Part shown: in pieces, positions 62,131 through 64,000 of the stretch | Layout: each line of letters opens with the position of its first letter | Numbering within the stretch: the stretch's first letter is position 1 | NCBI GenBank assembly: GCA_043718025.1 | Contig: JAYSWN010000188.1 | Coordinates: forward strand, 1-64,000 | Length of the DNA: 64,000 nucleotides | Origin: Pseudomonadota bacterium | GTDB taxonomy: Bacteria; Bdellovibrionota; FAC87; UBA2466 | Direction of reading: 5' to 3' | Notes under the pieces: generated by a model | The model's database searches: none | What the model was told of the DNA's origin: nothing | What the model saw: only the letters and a program-made list of their open reading frames with translations | Position numbers and translations under genes: made by a program

Positions 62131-63453
62131 TTATACTGAAGGGCCGGCAGCCATCACTTTAGCGTTCTGCGTCAAGTATTCAAACACCTTCTCGGTCAAC
62201 AGTTCGTCGCGAATCTCGGCCATGGCACCGCGCTCTTCTAACAGTTTCATGGTTTCTGAAAAAGGGCGCTTAATCTCTTCTGAAAGCGCCTGAACCTTGA
62301 GTTCGAGCTCTTCGTCACTGACCAAAAAACCCTGTTTGGTGGCAATTTCACTCAAAAGTAGTGAACCACGGGCGATCTGTTCGGCTCGGGTTTGCAAAGA
62401 CTTTTTATCCTCGTCTTTCAAACCCTCGGGCTGCCGCCCCATCCGTTTGTACTCTTCAGCCAGCCGCGAAATCATCTTGTACTTCTCGCGTTCAACCAGA
62501 GTGGCTGGCGCTTCAAATGAATGCTCTTTAACCAAATAATCGATGATCTGATTGCGGTAAGAGCTTTTCTGCTCGTCCTTTTTCATCGCTTCGATATTCT
62601 GAACCAGATCGCTTTTCAAAGTGTCGGCGGTGGCACCTGGTTTAATCTGCGCGGCTAAGGCGTCATCAAAGGCGGGCATGACCCGCTTTTTGACTTCGAG
62701 CACCCGAAACTTAAACTTTGCCAACTTGCCCTTCATTTCAGGGTTGTTGTGCTCTTCGTCGTATTTAGTTTCTACCGTGGCCCATTCGCCGCCCACTTTG
62801 GCTTTTTGGATCGCTTCGTCGAGCGCGGGCAGCAGACGATTCATTCCCACTTCAACCGTTACGGTTTCGGGGGCACCCACTTTGTTTTCTTTACCTTCGA
62901 TCTCAGTCTCTATTTCAATTACGGCGTAAGACTCCTTAGGTGCTTTTTCAACCTCTAGCGGTTCCATGGTGGCAAAACGCTCGCTCAAATTCTTAATGGT
63001 TTCCGCAATCTCTTTTTCTGAAGCCTTAATCGAGTATTCCTTTAGCGGAATGCCTTCGATCTTTTTCAGCTTAATTTCAGGGCGCACGTCAAACTCAGCC
63101 TGAAAATCAAAAGGGGTCAGATCGCCATGGTTGCGCTCGGCAACCTTGGTTAAACGAGGCTGGCTAAGGGGTTCCAAGTTGTTATGGGCTATGGCGTGAT
63201 CAAGCCCCTCACGAATCAAAGTGGTAATGGCGTCTTTTTGAATGTCGTCTTTGTACTTCTCGGTAACCAGTTTGATCGGTGCCTTGCCCGGGCGAAAACC
63301 CGGAATCTGTGCCTGTCGGTGGTAGCGCTGGGCCGCCTTTTTCTCGTACTCTTGAACACTTTCTAAAGGATATTCAACAGTTAGACGAACACGGGTAGGG
63401 CTAACCCGATCTACTTTTACGTTCTGGGTATGCGAACAGTTTTCATGGCTCAT
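62131..63453 (-). CDS. tig: Trigger factor
   Basis: IPGFRPGKAP ribosome-binding motif; position upstream of clpP-clpX-lon. Confidence 0.93.
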   Translation of the reverse strand: MSHENCSHTQNVKVDRVSPTRVRLTVEYPLESVQEYEKKAAQRYHRQAQIPGFRPGKAPIKLVTEKYKDDIQKDAITTLIREGLDHAIAHNNLEPLSQPRLTKVAERNHGDLTPFDFQAEFDVRPEIKLKKIEGIPLKEYSIKASEKEIAETIKNLSERFATMEPLEVEKAPKESYAVIEIETEIEGKENKVGAPETVTVEVGMNRLLPALDEAIQKAKVGGEWATVETKYDEEHNNPEMKGKLAKFKFRVLEVKKRVMPAFDDALAAQIKPGATADTLKSDLVQNIEAMKKDEQKSSYRNQIIDYLVKEHSFEAPATLVEREKYKMISRLAEEYKRMGRQPEGLKDEDKKSLQTRAEQIARGSLLLSEIATKQGFLVSDEELELKVQALSEEIKRPFSETMKLLEERGAMAEIRDELLTEKVFEYLTQNAKVMAAGPSV

Positions 63454-63645
63454 AATATTTTTCCGAAAAAGTAAGCGAAAGCGCTTGAAAGTGAGTGGGA
63501 AATAACACGCCGAGACGCCCTGTGTCCAGGCGTATGGGAGGGTTTTCAGGCAACAAAAAAGCGGGTTTACGCCCTTTTCAACCTAACTCTAACCAGGTGA
63601 CCTGCAGCGTAGATTTCTAATGGTAAGACAAAGTCCTATAGCGAA

Positions 63646-64000
63646 TTATGCTTGAATGGCCTCGGGCGGCTTGCCCCACGACAAAATGAAGAGAATACAA
63701 ACGCCTAATACAATGCAGGAGTCGGCCACGTTGAAGGCTGGCCAGTGGTAGAACTCTTTCCAATGAAAATCCAAAAAGTCGATCACGAAGCCAAAACGCA
63801 ATCGATCGATTAAATTCCCAACCGCGCCCGCCAGCACCAAGCTGAGTGAGGCCGCCATAAGCCGCTGCTCGTCCCTTAGCCGAATAAAGATAATGAGTAT
63901 GACTGCCATCGCAACCAGCGGCACAATGATGAAAAAGGGTTCGCGAAACGCAACCGGAGCCCGGTTCAAAAAACCGAAGGCCGCGCCGGTGTTGCGTACG
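63646..64000 (-). CDS. lspA: Lipoprotein signal peptidase (5' end outside window)
   Basis: RNTGAAFG at window edge, [21 protein letters not shown]. Confidence 0.95.
   Translation of the reverse strand, partial: VRNTGAAFGFLNRAPVAFREPFFIIVPLVAMAVILIIFIRLRDEQRLMAASLSLVLAGAVGNLIDRLRFGFVIDFLDFHWKEFYHWPAFNVADSCIVLGVCILFILSWGKPPEAIQA

Noticed and set aside
57312..64000. Novelty in lspA-tig-clpP-clpX-lon
   Set aside because: tig-clpP-clpX-lon is a standard conserved arrangement with intact motifs

Overview
Bacterial chromosomal segment of moderate GC. A Bdellovibrionota/deltaproteobacterial-type host is inferred from the TIGR02147-like protein, bacterial topoisomerase VI, many orphan secreted proteins and sigma54 sites. 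(1) 0.7-12.8 kb is a largely translationally coupled surface-modification locus. It carries the three core enzymes of Campylobacter-type phosphoramidate synthesis: a glutamine kinase (here fused to a degenerate nucleotidyltransferase), a gamma-glutamyl-CDP-amidate hydrolase and a cytidylyltransferase. These are combined with a TagF-like CDP-X transferase, a formyltransferase and small partner, a SAM methyltransferase, a YfhO/GT-C membrane protein, a tiny YIDPG membrane peptide and an LtaS/EptA-like phosphotransferase. No Cj1415-type kinase is present. This is the best candidate for an undescribed system. (2) 14-25 kb is an accessory block of secreted proteins around tRNA-Asn: GH5, a PLD-like protein, two Gly-rich monoheme cytochromes c, a lipoprotein and MltA. 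Four of the genes have sigma54 -24/-12 sites, and a ~190 bp att-like scar follows the tRNA. (3) 25-64 kb is mostly housekeeping (bolA-grxD, gatCAB-gmd, uvrD, top6AB, gltA, proC, tRNA-Val, ndh, rnj, metK, lspA-tig-clpP-clpX-lon) with interspersed orphans. I saw no CRISPR array, rRNA or intact mobile element. All calls are from motif recognition by eye; no searches were run.
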